In this document: one piece after another, positions 10,824-26,527 of the stretch
Layout: every line of letters starts with the position of its first letter
Position numbering within the stretch: the stretch's first letter is position 1
Assembly: GCF_009914755.1 (NCBI RefSeq)
Contig: NC_060927.1
From: the human T2T-CHM13v2.0 reference genome, Homo sapiens
Direction: 5' to 3' (one strand)
DNA length: 64,000 nucleotides
Translations under genes and position numbers: made by a program
Notes under the pieces: generated by a model
Told to the model about the DNA's origin: nothing
The model's input: only the letters and a program-made list of their open reading frames with translations
Databases searched by the model: none

Positions 10824-12654
10824 TTCTTCCACACGTAAAAGTCTGGCTTTTATTGAGATTTGTGCAACTTTGCTATAACTTTCTTTACCAAACTTTCTTG
10901 CATTAGTCACCACAGTGTTTTGGTTTGTTTTATGTAGGTGTCTGGTACAGCATTGCCCCTTTATTTTATACTCTCTGGTGACTTGGATCAATAAATGTCT
11001 TACCTGTTTCTTCTCCAAAATCTTCAAATTATTCATACTCTTCAAGTAGTCATGATAAAAATGGATTGAAGTATATTACTGTCCAGGAATTGTCTATCTC
11101 AAAGCATGTAAGCTCCAACATTTCACTCTAAGCCCAGCCTTTCATTCCTCTAGCTGCCTCACTATCTCAATCTAAAATCACCCTGTGATTCTGGGGCCTC
11201 AGATTCTTCAACTGCCTACTTTTTTCTACTCTTTGACAAAATTTTCTTCTCTAGGAAATCTAAAATATTTTTCTTAGTACAATCATACTTTTCAAACCCT
11301 TAAAATTTAAGGTTAAGATACTCGCTAAGACTCTATAAATAATAATTCGGAACACCATATATCAACCTGAGCTGTAGAGATAGATTTTTGAGTTATCAGC
11401 ATATAGATAGTGTTATAAAATGTGAATGCTGATGAAATCTTCTAGATATCTTATCTACAAATTACAAAGGGGACTTGGAGAATTAAGGAATACACCAACA
11501 TAAATGGATGTATGTTTTAGGTGAAAAGTAATAACTTTTTAAATGGTATAAAAAAGCATAGTTTTCTAAAAGTTACTCCTAAGTTTTCAAGAGAAAAATA
11601 TATGGTTAGTATTTACAGTTTTAATTAATTTTTCTTTTTCTTCAGATTTAAATATATCCCACATGTGAGTATGTAAATACATACATGTGTATTTGGAAAA
11701 AAGGATAAAGCAAATAACTCTGTACCCCATTACCTAGGCCAACAAATAGAATGTTATACCAATAGCAGAAATCCCCTATTCTCTCCTCTGTAAATTGTAC
11801 ACTACTCACGCCCCTCTACAGGCAGCCACTATGCTGAACATTGTGTTAATCATCCTCTGCTTTTACTTATGTCTCTTAAGTGCATATACCTAAATGAAAG
11901 CTTATTTTTTACTCTTTCTGGACTTTTATAAGTAGAATTATATAGCATATATTTTTCTGTAACTTGCTTATTTACCTTAGTGTTATATTTTAGAAATTCA
12001 CTCAATGACTATAGCTGTATTGCATTTATTTTCATTGCAATATATGTTTTCATTTAAAGAATATGCTGTAATTCCTTTTTTCATCCTACCATGTCAGAGA
12101 ATTGAGTAACTTCTGCTTTTTTCTTTTCTGTTATAAAGAATGCTACTGTCTTATACATATCTCCCCGCATGCGTATGCCAGGAATTTCTATGGTTATACT
12201 CAGAACAGTAATTATTGTTGGACAGAGTAGGTGCATTTCAAGATTACTAGGCAATGCCAAAATATTTTGCAAACTAGTTGAGGCATCTACTACTGTTTAT
12301 GTATCCCTGAGTACATGGGAGTTTCCACTTCATCAAACCTCACCAAATCATGATATTGTCCGACTGTAGTTCTTGACAATCTGCTAGTTGTGAAGATGTA
12401 TCTTTGAATGGTTTCCAATTAATTTTTTCTATTAGTGATTATAACTAGCATGTTGAGTCCATGGGCTACTCCATTATCTGTTAGTTTCTCCTATTCTCTG
12501 AAATTTCTCTTAACTCTTTTGCCCATTGTTTGTTTTATTTTTTATTCTTGTTCATTGATTATATTTACTTCATGTAATCTAAATGATAATTATTTCCTGA
12601 GTTTATATGTTGAAAATACATTCTCCCAGTTTGTGTCTCAGTATCCAGTATCTT

Positions 12655-12972
12655 TTTTTATTCTTTTCTTTTTTTTTTTTTTTGGAGACAGGTTCTTGCT
12701 CTGTCACTCAGGCTGTAATGCAGTGGCACAATCTGGGCTTAGCTCACTGAAGCCTGGACCTCCTGGGCTCAAGTGATCCTCTCACCTTCAGCCCCAGGAG
12801 GAGCTGGAACCACAGCTGCATGCCACCTTGCCCAGCTAAGTTTTGCAGTTTTTGTAGAGATGTGGTTTTGCCGTATTGCCCAGGCTGGTCTTGAACTCCT
12901 GGGCTCAAGTCACCTACCCACCTTGGCCTTCCAAAGCGCTGGCATTACAAGCATGCACCACTGCACCCAGCC
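12655..12972 (-). mobile_element. AluJ
   Basis: ctcctgggctcaagtgatcct; TSD tccagtatcttt. Confidence 0.92.
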
Positions 12973-13431
12973 AATGTCCAGTATCTTTATTTTTTGGATT
13001 AAAATTTTGTAACTGTAATATATTTGTTATCAATATTTTCTTTTATGATTTATGTCTTTTTGTTTGCTTTCTATACCAATATAGGATATTCTACATGAAT
13101 TTTTAAAATATTTACAGTTTTAGCTTTTACATTTAGAAATTTAATGTAAATAACATTGATTTTTCACTAAACAGTCACATTATTATTTAGAGTTCAATTT
13201 TGTCTTTCCATATGGATAACAAATATTATCATACCAATTCTCAAATTCAATTTTACTCCAATGATCTGTAAAATCACCTCTATGATATCAAGTGCCCATG
13301 TTTATGTAGGCCTGTCTCTGTGCTATTCTGATCCATTGGTCCAAGTATCTAAAACTAGGTTAATATAGGTCTTAACTACTATAGTTTTATAACAAGTACT
13401 GAAAATTTGTTAGGAAATGTGTTATTCGTGG

Positions 13432-13831
13432 TACTATGGTTTGGATTTGGTTTGTTTGGCTCCACCAAGCCTTATGCTGAAATCTGATCTCTGGTGTTGG
13501 AGGTGGGGCCTGGTGGGAGGTGTTTGGGTCATGGGAGTGGATCCACCATGAATGGTTTGGTGCCATCATCGATCTATTAGTTCCTGCAAGAGTTTCCTCA
13601 AGAGCTGGTTGTTACAGAGTCTGGCAACTTCTCTCTAACTCTTGCTCCCTCTCTTGCCATGTGATCTGCATATGCTGGCTCCCCTTCTCCTTCTGCCATG
13701 AGTGGAAGCTTCTTGAGCCCCTTACCAGAAGCAGATGCTGGTGCTGTGCTTCCTGCACAGCCTGCAGAATCGTGAATCATAAATTACCAGCCTCAGGTAT
13801 TCCTTTATAGCAACACAAATGAACTAAGACA
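13432..13831 (+). mobile_element. MST (MaLR) solo LTR
   Basis: tactatggtttggatttgg...atagcaacacaaatgaactaagaca; 5-bp TSD cgtgg/catgg. Confidence 0.88.
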
Positions 13832-14199
13832 CATGGTTATTTTGATTATTTATATTCTCTATCATTTTTAAAACCTTTATTAAATTATACTGAATATATA
13901 AATCATTCTGGAGGAAATCATTTCCTTGTGAAATTGAATATTTCAATACATGAACAAGGCCTTTCTATTTATGTGTTAGTATATATATTTCAATAAAGTT
14001 TTATAATTTCCTGCATAAAATCTTATATGTCCTTTACTAGAAAGTTTTCTAGGTACTTTGTATTATTATGTCATTTCAACTGGTATGTTTTAATTTCAAA
14101 TTTATGTTATAACTGTTTATTTTTCTTCCATAGAAATAAAATGATTTTTGCAGTGATCCTAGTGCAAGAAAATTCCTCAATCATTTTTCCTGATTGGTA

Positions 14200-14750
14200 T
14201 ATTTTAAATTAATAGACTATTTTTGGAATAGCTTTAGATTTTTTCAGAAAAAAAATTGAGCAATTAGGATAGTGAGTTCCCATAGCCACCTCCTGACAAA
14301 CACACAGTTTCTCTTCTTGTTAACATTTTGCATCAATGTGGTGCATTTGTTATAACTAGTGAACAATACATTATCAACTAAAGTTCATAGTTTACATTAA
14401 TGCTCTTTGTGTTGTAGAGTTGTGTGGATTTTGACAAGTGTATGCTGTCATGTTTTCACCATTACAGTATCAGAAAGAATAGTTTCATCACCCTAAGAAT
14501 CTCTTGTGCCTCACCTCTTCATTTCTCCTGTCTTTCCCCTGAATTTTGTCAACCGCTGCTCTTTTTATTATCTACAGTTTTGGCTTTTAAAGATGCCATG
14601 TAGTTGGAATCACACAGTATGTACCCATTTCGGCCGGCTTCTTTCACAAAGCAACATGCATTTTAGGTTCCTCCATGTCTTCTCGTGCCTTGAGAGTTTA
14701 CTCTTTTTTTTTTTTTAATCACTGAGTAACACCTTCTTATATGGATACAA
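14200..14750 (-). mobile_element. L1MC 3' end
   Basis: Antisense 3'UTR motifs (ttaacattttgcatcaatgtggtgcatttg, ccatgtagttggaatcacacag). Confidence 0.75.
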
Positions 14751-15544
14751 CAAAATGACATATAGTTTTAGCTCTGACATGGAAAAACTTTGAAGTAGTC
14801 ACTTTCATCTTCACAAGAAAAAACGCTGAACAAACTGAAAGTCAACACCTTATTTTGGATTTCAGAATTGAGCTCACAGAAAAATCACCACTCCAAAATT
14901 TTGAGACAGGCAAATACAGAGAACCATAGTCAAGATAAGCTTGCTTGAAGCATAAACTGCCAGAACCAGTTACTGGTAGTAGCACTTAGATAGTAATGTT
15001 GATGAACTGATGGAGGCTAAGTGGAAACCAAACTCCTGGGATCTTAGGTGTCCACCGACTCTATCATGGTTTCTGCACCAAACTCTCACAGTGAAGATAG
15101 AGAAAGATGCTCTGTGTTTTAGGTGCAGGTGGAAAGCAACTGTGGAATACACAAAGAACATTCTCCATTACGAACAGAATTTCTTTCTGTCTCAAGTAAC
15201 AGGAGAAAAAATAAGGTAAGAAACATTTCCAAGATATAGTTGTATTTAGATCAGGAGCTATGGAAATGTATGTAAATTATAGAAATATATTTGGTGTTTT
15301 GAAGACATTAAAGTATAAGGAATTCACATAAGGAGGTCACATAGAGAGAGCAGGGAGATAGAGAATTCTAAGAAGGACCAAGAGCTAAAGAACAGTCCAA
15401 AGAAGATAAAACAGCAAATGAGAGGAAAATATGGAACAGAGAGTTGCGTATCTCCAATACATTTTTGTTACTAGAATAAGATCCTAAGAGCTGACAGTTA
15501 CTACTTTATTTGGGGGAGGAGGGTGTGATAACCATGTGTATTAA

Positions 15545-16515
15545 GATGTAATTGACACATAATAAGTGGCACATATTTAAAATGTACAATTTGATGAGTG
15601 TTAATGTACATATATACCTGTGAACTCACCACAATCAAGATAGTGAACATATTTATTACCCCCAAAGCTTTCCTGACATGCCTCTGTTACTTCTCCCTCC
15701 CACCCCTCTTGACCCTCTGACTCCCCAGGTAATCACTGATCTGCTTCTGTCATTATTAATGCAAGGCTTGCTTTTAATTGGCTAGAATTTTATATACATG
15801 GAATCAAACTGTATGTACTCTTTATGGTCTGACTTCTTCTACTTAAAATAATTATCCTGAGATGTATCTATCTTGCTGCGAAAATCAATAACACTTCTCT
15901 TTTACTGTGAAGCAATATTCCATGGTATTGATATAGCCATAATTTGTTCATCCGCTGACCTGTTGACAAGATAAAGTCTCTAAGATATCATATTATTTTA
16001 GTCAACGAGTGTTTTAACTTCTACCGTGGCCACACACTGTGCTAAGCACTAAGTTGGGGTAGTGGATAAGACAGAAAAACTTTCTACTCTTTTAGAGTTA
16101 AAAGTTTCACCCAAGAGAAGTAAAGCATATGTCCATATGAAGACTTATGTACAAATGTTTACAGAAGCTTTACTAGTAGAAAGCTGTAATCGATATTATT
16201 GTTTACCAATAAGGAGTGAAATGCCTGAATCATATGTTAGGTTTATATTTAAATTTTTAAAGAAATTGCCAAACTGTTGTTGAAAGTTCTTGTGCAATTT
16301 TGTATGCCCATCAGCAGTGTATGAGAATACCAGCTCTATCACATCCTCACTAGCATTTGGTATAGTCAGTAATTTTAATTTTAGCCATTCTAGTAGATGT
16401 ATAGTGATATCTCATTATGGCTTTCATTCATATTTCCCCAGTGACTAATGATGTTGAGTATCTTTTCTTGCACTTATTTGCCATCTGCAGCCATTATTTG
16501 GTAAAGGATCTGTTA
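15545..16515 (-). mobile_element. L1M (MC/MD/ME) 3' end with internal rearrangement
   Basis: Antisense 3'UTR/ORF2 C-terminal motifs; see finding at 15965-16205. Confidence 0.75.
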
Positions 16516-17295
16516 ATTTTCTTTACTGGTAGTTCTAATATCTATGCCAGGTCTGTATTCATTTTTATTGATTGCTTGCTTTTCCCTCATTATGAATTGT
16601 GTTTTCCTTCTTTTGGTATTCCAATAATTTTTAATGGATGTCAGACTCTGAATTTTACCTAGTTGAGTGTTGAAAACTTTTGTATTCTTATAAAACTTCT
16701 TCAGCTTTGTTCCGAGGTGCTGTCAAGATAATTGAAAATGGTTTAATTCTTTAGAATCTTGCTTTTTGTGGTTTTCAGTTGGATTCTGAGAAATACTTAC
16801 CCTAAGGCTAATTATTCCCACTACTGCCGCAGGACATATCTGAGTACTCTACCCAATATCCCATCAATGATTGATTTATTTATTTTTTGCAGCGTGGCTT
16901 GTGAAAACAGACACTAGTTCTGGGCCTGTTTTATCTAGGGCACTGTTGCCTCTAATTCTTTCAGTCGGTTCTTTCTCACTCTTAGCTAGTTTTCTCACCC
17001 ACATGTGGATATCATTACTCTATTGAATTATTGAAGGGAACTCTACAGATCTCAGAGCTCTGTCTCTAAACACATCGCCCCTGTTTCTATACCCTGAACC
17101 CTCTAGTGCCCCCTTGATCTCCCCAGACTCTGTCACCTCAACTCAGGTATTCTGTAGGCTCTGCCATGGTTCCCCCTTCCTGTTCTACAGCCTGGAAACT
17201 TTCAGAATGCAGTCAATGGAGATAAATAATAGGCTATTTCAAGAATTACTTTCCGTAATCACCTGATATTCAGTGTCTTAAAAATAGTTGTTTTA

Positions 17296-17593
<298 letters not shown>

Positions 17594-18637
17594 TAGTTGT
17601 TTTATATATCTCCTTTTTCTTTAGATTGTTTCAGGTGGGAAAGTAAGTGAACTTCCTGTTTTCGTGCAGTTTTTAAATTGCTACTACTGTTCTACATTTT
17701 TTAAATCTGACTTTAGTTTATATCTTTTCACATCTTACAAAATCGGCTATGCCTGTTTCTTCATATCTGTAAATATTTCAACTAAGTGTTATTTTCAAGT
17801 CACCAATGGTCAACTATTTGAGATATGTTAACATTTTCATGACCAGAAAGCAACTAGTGAGCCGCTTATTTCTATGTACAAGTAAAATTATAATTCATTA
17901 AGATGTCTTGTGGACTCATCTAATACCAGCAGCACTAAAATTATTTTATATGTGTTAATCTTCAATTATCTGTTATTTTTGGACATAGTACCAGATAGAT
18001 ATTTGCTTTCACTGATTAATACAGTAACAAAATGATCAAATCTGTGCAAACAATCCTACATGTGAAACTCAATAAATCCAACAGCACTTTATAGTTAAAT
18101 AGTAAACTAGATTTCTAGGTTATGTGACCAGGGAATTTTGTAGATTTCTGTCTCCCATCCTATTAAAATGCATATCACAGAAACAAAAGAAAGAAAATAT
18201 AGCAACAGGAATATAAACTAAATATGGATTAAGAAATATACCCAAATCCAGAGAGACTTTACCCCGATTACATCAATTATGAGGAAAAGTTTAGAAACAC
18301 TGTAAAAAACTAGTAACCATATGCTCTATCTTCTGATGGAAAATAGTACAAACAGTATCAAAGAAGTATTAAACCCTGTTGTTGCTAGAATTCTGGGATG
18401 CAGAAGCTTCACTAACCTGAGAAATAAACTGCAATTATCTATTTGAACAGGAACTTTCTAGAACACTAAAAATAACCAGGGCATCTCATTTTCCCTTATT
18501 TCCCCTTACTTACCATTATCTTTCTCTTTCAAAATCCCAATAAGGATTTCAACTATTCATATAATGTTGAATATAAAAGTATTCTAAAGGTGATATCTTG
18601 GGTCTTTCTTGAGACACAGAAATCAGGAAAAAACAAA

Positions 18638-18934
<297 letters not shown>

Positions 18935-19369
18935 AACAAAACCTTTTAAATGAGGTCATTGATGGGAAAATATACAGAAGCAAGTCTTCCCAAGAAATAA
19001 AGGTGAGTGACTTGACTCCACATTCCAAATGTCTGTTCTCTCACCCCATCTCCATTTAGACGATCCGTGTTTATTATATTTCTTAACTTCTCTGTTTCTC
19101 ATTTAATAAGAATATTAAATAAAATAAAGCATGAGAAGTTTAGTGCATGAAGTAATAGATAGTAAACTTTCAGTAAGTATTAACTATAGTCATTGTCATT
19201 GTCATCATTATATTAACTCTCAACATCATTATTATTATCACTTCTTTACATTGTTGTATAGAAAAAATTAATAGGGAGAATTTAGCTTCGTATGAGAAAG
19301 AACATGATCCAAGTCTAACATCTAAGATATTAGATTCAAAACCTTAGCTAATAATACAGAATGTGCAAT

Positions 19370-19581
19370 AGTAGAGAAATTATAGTTATCATTAATGTGT
19401 TGTATATTTTAAAATAGCTGGAAGGGAATAATTGTAATGTTCCCAATACGAAGAAAAGATAAATGTTTGAGGTGCCAAAAATCCCAATTACCCTGATTTA
19501 ATCATTACACATTTTATACATGTATTAAAATATCACATGTTCCCCCAAATATGTACAACTATGATACAGAAGTCTAAAAAG
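19370..19581 (+). mobile_element. Short L1MA 3' end
   Basis: ccaattaccctgatttaatcattacac...aaaatatcacatgttccccc; TSD tacagaatgtgcaat at 19355-19369 and 19582-19596. Confidence 0.85.
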
Positions 19582-20559
19582 TACAGAATGTGCAATTACC
19601 TGGACTGTTTGTTTTGCATATTTTCCTCAGTTGTGCATAGCCCTTTAAAAAGATATTGGAGAAAGAAATTGACATTTCTAACAATATGAGAAAGAAATTT
19701 AATAAAGTTTAATAACTATTCCTCATTAAAATGCTGAGAAATCCAAAATAGAAGGGTATTTTTCACGTGATAAAAAGCGTCTGTTATTCTGAAATCCAGT
19801 AGCAAATATTATACTTAACAGAGAAACACTGGCAGCTCAGCTCTTCAGTTTGCAACAAGCAACAATAAGACAAATTAATAAGAGCTACTGGCAAGAGAGA
19901 CACTATAATCATTTTCCAATAACAACTTCTTTTTCTTCAATACTCTAGGATTTCTGCTGAATAGCTCTTGGAATTAATGAGGGGGCATAAATAATATCAT
20001 AACTTAGACCAAAATAAATTCCTGATGTATTTAATTTCCAAAGTAAAATGGCTTAACTGAAAGGAAATTTTTAGACTAATATTTTCTAAGATAAAGAAAC
20101 ACATGCTAAACATAATTCCAATGGGAGAAGTCACCAAAGTTAGAATCCAAACATTTTATTGCGTTGCAAATTTTAAAATCTGTATCTTCAAACAAAAACA
20201 AAATGAAAAATTGTAAAATAGGAGAAACATTTACAAAAAGCATTGTATAAAAACAGCTAAATATGTTGGTCATTAGAGTTAATAAAAATTCATAAGAATA
20301 CAAGTATTCCTTTATGTCAATGAAACAGTTATGGCTTTCTGATTTATAAAATATATAGTTAATGCATATGTAAAAATAAATAGTAATTAAAGGAAACATA
20401 AACTAAAAATATAATTTTTACTTCAGATACTAGTAAACATTTCATAAAATATGCAAATTATTCTTCACGATAGTATGTTGTTAGTACAGCACACTCGTAT
20501 TGATACTGATATTGATCACTTATTAAATCTTTTGCATACAGCATATTTACGTAAATTCT

Positions 20560-20745
20560 TTTACTTCATTAAATATTCAAACATCCTTATGAAGTAGGTA
20601 TTTTATTTACATCACTTTACAAACATAAATAAAGAAACACAGAGCAATTAAAAACTTGCCCAGGCAGGCAGTTAGCTGAAGGGAAATTGGGGCTTTAACT
20701 CATGTGGTCTGATTAAAGATTCTACCTCCTTAATCACAGTACTAC
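20560..20745 (-). mobile_element. MIR
   Basis: ccttatgaagtaggta...gaaacacagagcaattaaaaacttgccc. Confidence 0.65.
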
Positions 20746-20839
20746 CCTGATAACAAGTACATACTTTTCTGAAAAGGATTTAAGTGCAAAATCAAAGATT
20801 TAAAACAAAATTCTTTAATACCTTAATTTAATTTCTTGA

Positions 20840-21228
<389 letters not shown>

Positions 21229-21974
21229 AGTATGATTTATTTTTAAAAGTGAAAACAAACCAAATGTCTAATATTGAAGAGTTCAATAAATAATTATATA
21301 CAATTCACGAAATATTATTCAATAATCAGTGTGTGTACATAGAAATTTTTACGATTACCAAAAATGTGATAAATATGTAACAACCTAAGAATGATGCAAG
21401 AAAGCAAAGGATTAATGAATACAAAATTCAGAATAATAGTTCACTCTTGGGGTTAAAAAAATTTACAATATTCAGTTTAAATTACACAGTGGGTACAAGT
21501 TCTTCATCTTACTATTATTTACACCTTTCACTTATGTTAAATGAAAACAGGAATATAAATATTCATTTGTGTGTATTAAACTCTTTATAAAACAGTATAA
21601 AGACAAAAATGTAATATAAAGTGATGTATTCAATATGACAAAATATAAATACCTTGGTAAAAATGGAAATAAATTACCCAAAAGTTTCATGGATTTGTTC
21701 TTCATACTTACATTGTAGTGCTTTTCAATTGTTATATTCCTCCGTATACCAATTATTTACATTGAATGTGTCAGATTTCCCATTTCTGACAGTGGCAACT
21801 CACCTATCATTAAATACGAGAGAAAATAACAAAGAAGCCACAAAGCACTGAAAATCCGGGAAACAATTGCAAGACTAGAGCCTAACAGAAGAGGAGAAAA
21901 TAAAGCAGTAGGTTGAGGCTAGAAGTTGTTTTTGCGCTACAGTGGCTTACTTAATTGAATAGGAATTTGACTTT

Positions 21975-22148
21975 TTAAAATTTTTCATTTAGAAATGTTG
22001 TCCCGCTCTGTTGCCCAGGCTACAGTGCAGCGACTATTCACAGGTGTGATCACAGTGCACTGCCGCCTGGAACTTCCGGCTATTAGGGATCCTCCACCTC
22101 AGCCTCCTGAAGAGCTGGGACCACAGGTCTGCAATACAGGGCCTAGCT
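21975..22148 (-). mobile_element. FAM (fossil Alu monomer, 7SL-derived)
   Basis: Monomer retaining 7SL-type ctattcacaggtgtgatc segment. Confidence 0.75.
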
Positions 22149-23021
22149 AGGAAATTGAGTTTTGCGGTGAAAAAGACAGCAAACTTTAAGAACTACCAAT
22201 TGGAGAGCCCTCCTAGGGGACAAAGGTATGCTTTCAGGACAACTGTGAATCGGAAAAAAACTATCCAATCCATCCAAGCAACTACACAGCACTGTGCAAA
22301 GTTGTTCTGAGTCCCACACATCCCCTTAGTCCTAGAAAGGTGAAATGCCTTTTTCAAGGTAAAGAATCTAGTCAGGAGCCAAACTAAGCCTTGAACCTAA
22401 GTCTTGTTATTAAATCCTAGGGCTATTTGTGCTAACCACAACTGTAGAGGGAAAAAATTATTTTTTGACTTTTTATTTTTTATTTCAAAACTGCCATAGT
22501 GAGTGGCATCCCCCCTTCATTTATATTCCAGATGAATATAAATAAATAAAGCCCAATGCTACAATATCTTCAGAGAGCACATAACTGAATGCTAAAAAGC
22601 AATAATGACTGGGGTGTTACTAATCACAGTGCTACCTATTTCCTTGTATAAAAGTTGTAGAGTCTTCTACCCCTGACAAAGAGGGTTTTAAAAATATTTT
22701 AAAAGTAAAATATTTCTTTCCAAACTAGGATAAGTATTATACATAAAGAATTCCAGTAGCATTTTTCAGCCATTTCCAGCTGTCAATGTATCTCTAAAAT
22801 TTCAGGGTCAAGGAAAATTCTATTTCCCCATAATGATAGACATAGTATTTTCAAATTTAAACAAAAGTTAAGATAACATACCTGCAGAGACTCATGCACA
22901 ATATATTTGGAAAGGTTAAAGCTTAGATTTCCAAGGGCCTAAAAAGAATAGTCACAGAGATACAGGAATACCTACCTCATCACAAAGCCATGGTTCAAAT
23001 CTTTCCCCATTTAAGTCAATG

Positions 23022-23395
23022 AGTCTCAAATGGGAGACTGGGGAGATTTTGCTCCTTGAAGAAAATTTGGCAATGTATGGAAACTTTTGGGGTATCAAAA
23101 CTGGAGGTGTGATATTGGCTTGGCATTTAGTAGGTAGAGGCCAAGCGTATTGCTCAACATCCTACAGTACACAAAGAGTGTTCCCCATATAAAAGAATTG
23201 TCCGCCTACTGGGGTGGCTTGTATCTGTAACCTCAGCTGCCTGAGAGGCTAAACCGAAAGTGTGAAGCTGCAGTGAGCTATGATCACACCACTATGCTCC
23301 AGCCTGGGTCACAGAGTGTGACCTCATCTCTGAAAAAATTAAAAAAAAATTATCTGACCAAATATTTTATTAGTGCTTAGGCTGGAAAACCCTGC
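23022..23395. mobile_element. MER20-like DNA transposon interrupted by a deleted FLAM/Alu monomer (about 23208-23350)
   Basis: tttggcaatgtatggaaac...ggtagaggccaag...catcctacag; insert gctgcagtgagctatgatcacaccac. Confidence 0.75.
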
Positions 23396-25822
23396 TTTAG
23401 GCTGAATTTGTCACTAATTATTTCCTATAGACTTAAGTTAAATATAAGTCATTCAAGGATGACTTTTTAATGATTTTTCACTTATTTCCAAGTCTTCATG
23501 TTTTCCTGTGGAAGAACTTCCCTGGAATAATCTTTTGGTCTCTTTCCTTACCATTTTTTCTCTATTCCTGGCAAGAGGAGAGGTACCTTTCTGATTAGCA
23601 AATTTGGAGAGAGGAACTAGCCATGCTCAGTTAAACTCCAACTTTCCTGCTTTTTCAGAAGCATATTGCCCACAAAAACATACATTCTAAGCATTCTCCA
23701 CTTCTCCATGGCTAGTTACAAAGGCATCCATGTCAGGGAGGCCTACAATTATCCAGCCAAATTGTTTAACTACAGTGCAGCAAGACGATTGGCTACAGTC
23801 CGGCTCATCCAAAAACCCCAGCTATTAAGCTGATTTATTTACCTATATCTATTGGATTCCCATGTCCTATTTAACAACTGATTGGTTCAGAACTCAGGTA
23901 AAGAAGAGGGATTTAATCATTGTACCCTCTTTAATCTCTATAATCCCTATTTTCCCAAGTTTTTTAACAATTTAGTCTTCTCTGTATTTAGATTGCTTCC
24001 TTGAAGGTTTTGTTCATCATTGTGTTATTTTCTGAACTAGTCCAATCATCCAGTCTCTGCCTCTATTCCTCTTGAACTTTATGGTCCCTCCAAATTAATC
24101 TTTTCATACCACAGTTCTGATTTGGGGAGTCGTTTGTTTCACAGCCTTCAAATATTTCTCTTCAATTCTATTCATAAAAATACCCAAATTTCTTAGCATT
24201 AATTTCAAGTACGCTTTGAACTTGTTCTAACCTACACCTCAAATCTACATTCCGATAAAATTGGAGCAATCATTATTCTTTTTATGTTTTATAGATGACC
24301 ATCACCAGAGTGACAATAGTGTAAATTTAGTCTCTAATGGGATCATAGGCAAATGACTTAAACTCTCTGTGCCTCTATTTTCTCATAATACAAAGGGTTA
24401 ATAATGTCTGTTTTATTCCAGCAGAATAATGAGGATGATTTTTAAAATTCATAAATGTGCTGTTAACTTATATGCAAATGTAGAAAGCTAATATAACACT
24501 AAGGAAATGTGCATAGCTCAAACACATATAGACAGAATTTTGATTGTAATTGTCAAACATTGGCAGGAGTCCTAATTATAATTTCTTACATTTAAATTAT
24601 AGAAAATTGATACTAAAGATTTGAATTCTACCATTTCATAATCATGTCATAAATTTTGCACTATGATAACTTTTTGTCTTTGCTTTTCCTTTTAACAGAA
24701 AAGTGAAAAATTACAAATTGTCAGTGTTTTCTAAGTATGTATTTATAGGGTTTATGTAGATTTTGAAGTTAATATTTCCTTTAAGATGGATGTGTCTAGA
24801 GCCTTGAGCATTCACACATCAGTGCAGTGAATAATGTTTTCTAATTACATAAGGCTTTTCCTCAGAGAGCTCAAAGCACCTTATATATTACAAAACCATG
24901 CAAATTAATACCTATTATAAACTCAGAAACTAAATACAATGAAGCAAAAATGTTAACTTAAAAAAGAAAGTGAGTCTGACAAAAATACTGTAAATTTTCC
25001 AATGATAATGATAACAAACAATTTAATTATAAACTTACTATTATAATTCATGAATTACTCTTTTTTGATGAGTCTCAATTCTTCCAAATGTCCATGGAAA
25101 TTAATTATTATTATCCCCTTTATCTCTGTTCACATATAAATGGACTAAGAATCTGAGAGGTTGTGTGGTATGTTGAAAGCCTTCCAGCTATTATATAGTA
25201 ACCTTAGAATTCATATCTATAACTCACTCCATAGCCCTCACATATATCGATAATCCTACCAAATCTCTAAGATTACACATTCAATTTTTCAACGCTATCC
25301 CTAGAATGGGCCCAGAATGTCATTCTGCTTTGAAACTGAAAGCTTCAACAACAATTCAGCAAATGTCTCTGTAAACCAGAGAGAAGGGTTGGAATTCAGA
25401 CAAGTCAGGTGATTAGTCGGTGTCAAGTACAATATTTGCAGTAGGGCAAATACGACAACCCTTTGGTTCTGAGTTCCAGGCCACTGATTTCTTTTTTTTT
25501 TGGGGGGGCTGGGGATGGAGGGAGGCATTCTGGTGAAGAAAAAATTATTGTCTACCCGGATACAGATATAACTTGTATGTAGTGAACACAGAACAACTAA
25601 AATTAAAACCTCATTGAGGCTGGAAGGCAAAAGGTAGAATGCAGCATTTCCTAAATGTGAGCAGCCAAGGAAGAGTGGGACCCTCGGCTAAGGTGGGGCT
25701 CTGCAGTTGATGAAAGAAGGAAGAAAGGAAGAAGACAGGGAAAGAGGAGGGAATATCATAGATAAAAAGGACTTTACCTCAAGGGAGGCAATCTTTCTGG
25801 TAACACCCAACCCAAAATATAT

Positions 25823-26154
25823 TGTTTCCTCCCTCACGCTTGTGGAAGAAAAATTCATTTCCTTGGAAAACTATGGCACCCCTTTGTAAAGCACTCATAA
25901 GAGGAGTGTTGCTGAGCTTCCTGGCTTGGTAAGCATATTTACATTTGAGAAAACATCTCCTGTACTTGTAGCATTTGGACAGATCTGTTCAATAGCTAAT
26001 GACAAGAAGAATCAATTGGATTGACATAAATGCAGCTGATGAGATCTTATACTTGAAGCAGAAAGACATTTTTATTAAAAAAAGTTGATTAAATTCTAAC
26101 CAAAGCCTTGAGAACTCTCTATAACTAGTGAATCATGTAAGGATGTTACTAGTC
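25823..26154 (+). repeat. Copy 1 of 332-bp direct duplication
   Basis: Ungapped match to 27832-28163, about 14 mismatches by manual count. Confidence 0.97.
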
Positions 26155-26527
26155 GGATATGAGATCATGGGATAAATAGGAACAAAAAAGAAATATAAAC
26201 CAAAAAGGGGAATGCAAACTATAACCATGAGAAATTGGCACTCTAACAAATCTAAGCACAGGGCTTTAATTGTACTTTGAGATTGGACTGATTTTCAATA
26301 GTAAAACCACTGTGTAGCTATGATTGACTATTATTTATAATTCAGTCTGCTAATAACTGTGTGTGTGCAGTTAATTGCTAGAATATTGTCTATAGTCAAT
26401 TCCTATTCTCCTAAACAGCTTGACGTGTAACAGCACCTTTAAATTTTTAAGAAAAGAAACCAGAGAATATGCAAACTTACATTTTTAATCTAAACCATAT
26501 TACCTAGTTGGAGCTGAGTTTGGCAGC

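Larger units (their letters stand above)
11650..14190 (-). mobile_element. Decayed L1ME ORF2/3' region, interrupted by Alu and MST
   Basis: Antisense L1 3' motifs across the interval; boundaries approximate. Confidence 0.65.

Noticed and set aside
21975-22148. Possible 7SL RNA gene
   Set aside because: Lacks most of the S domain and is decayed; fits FAM
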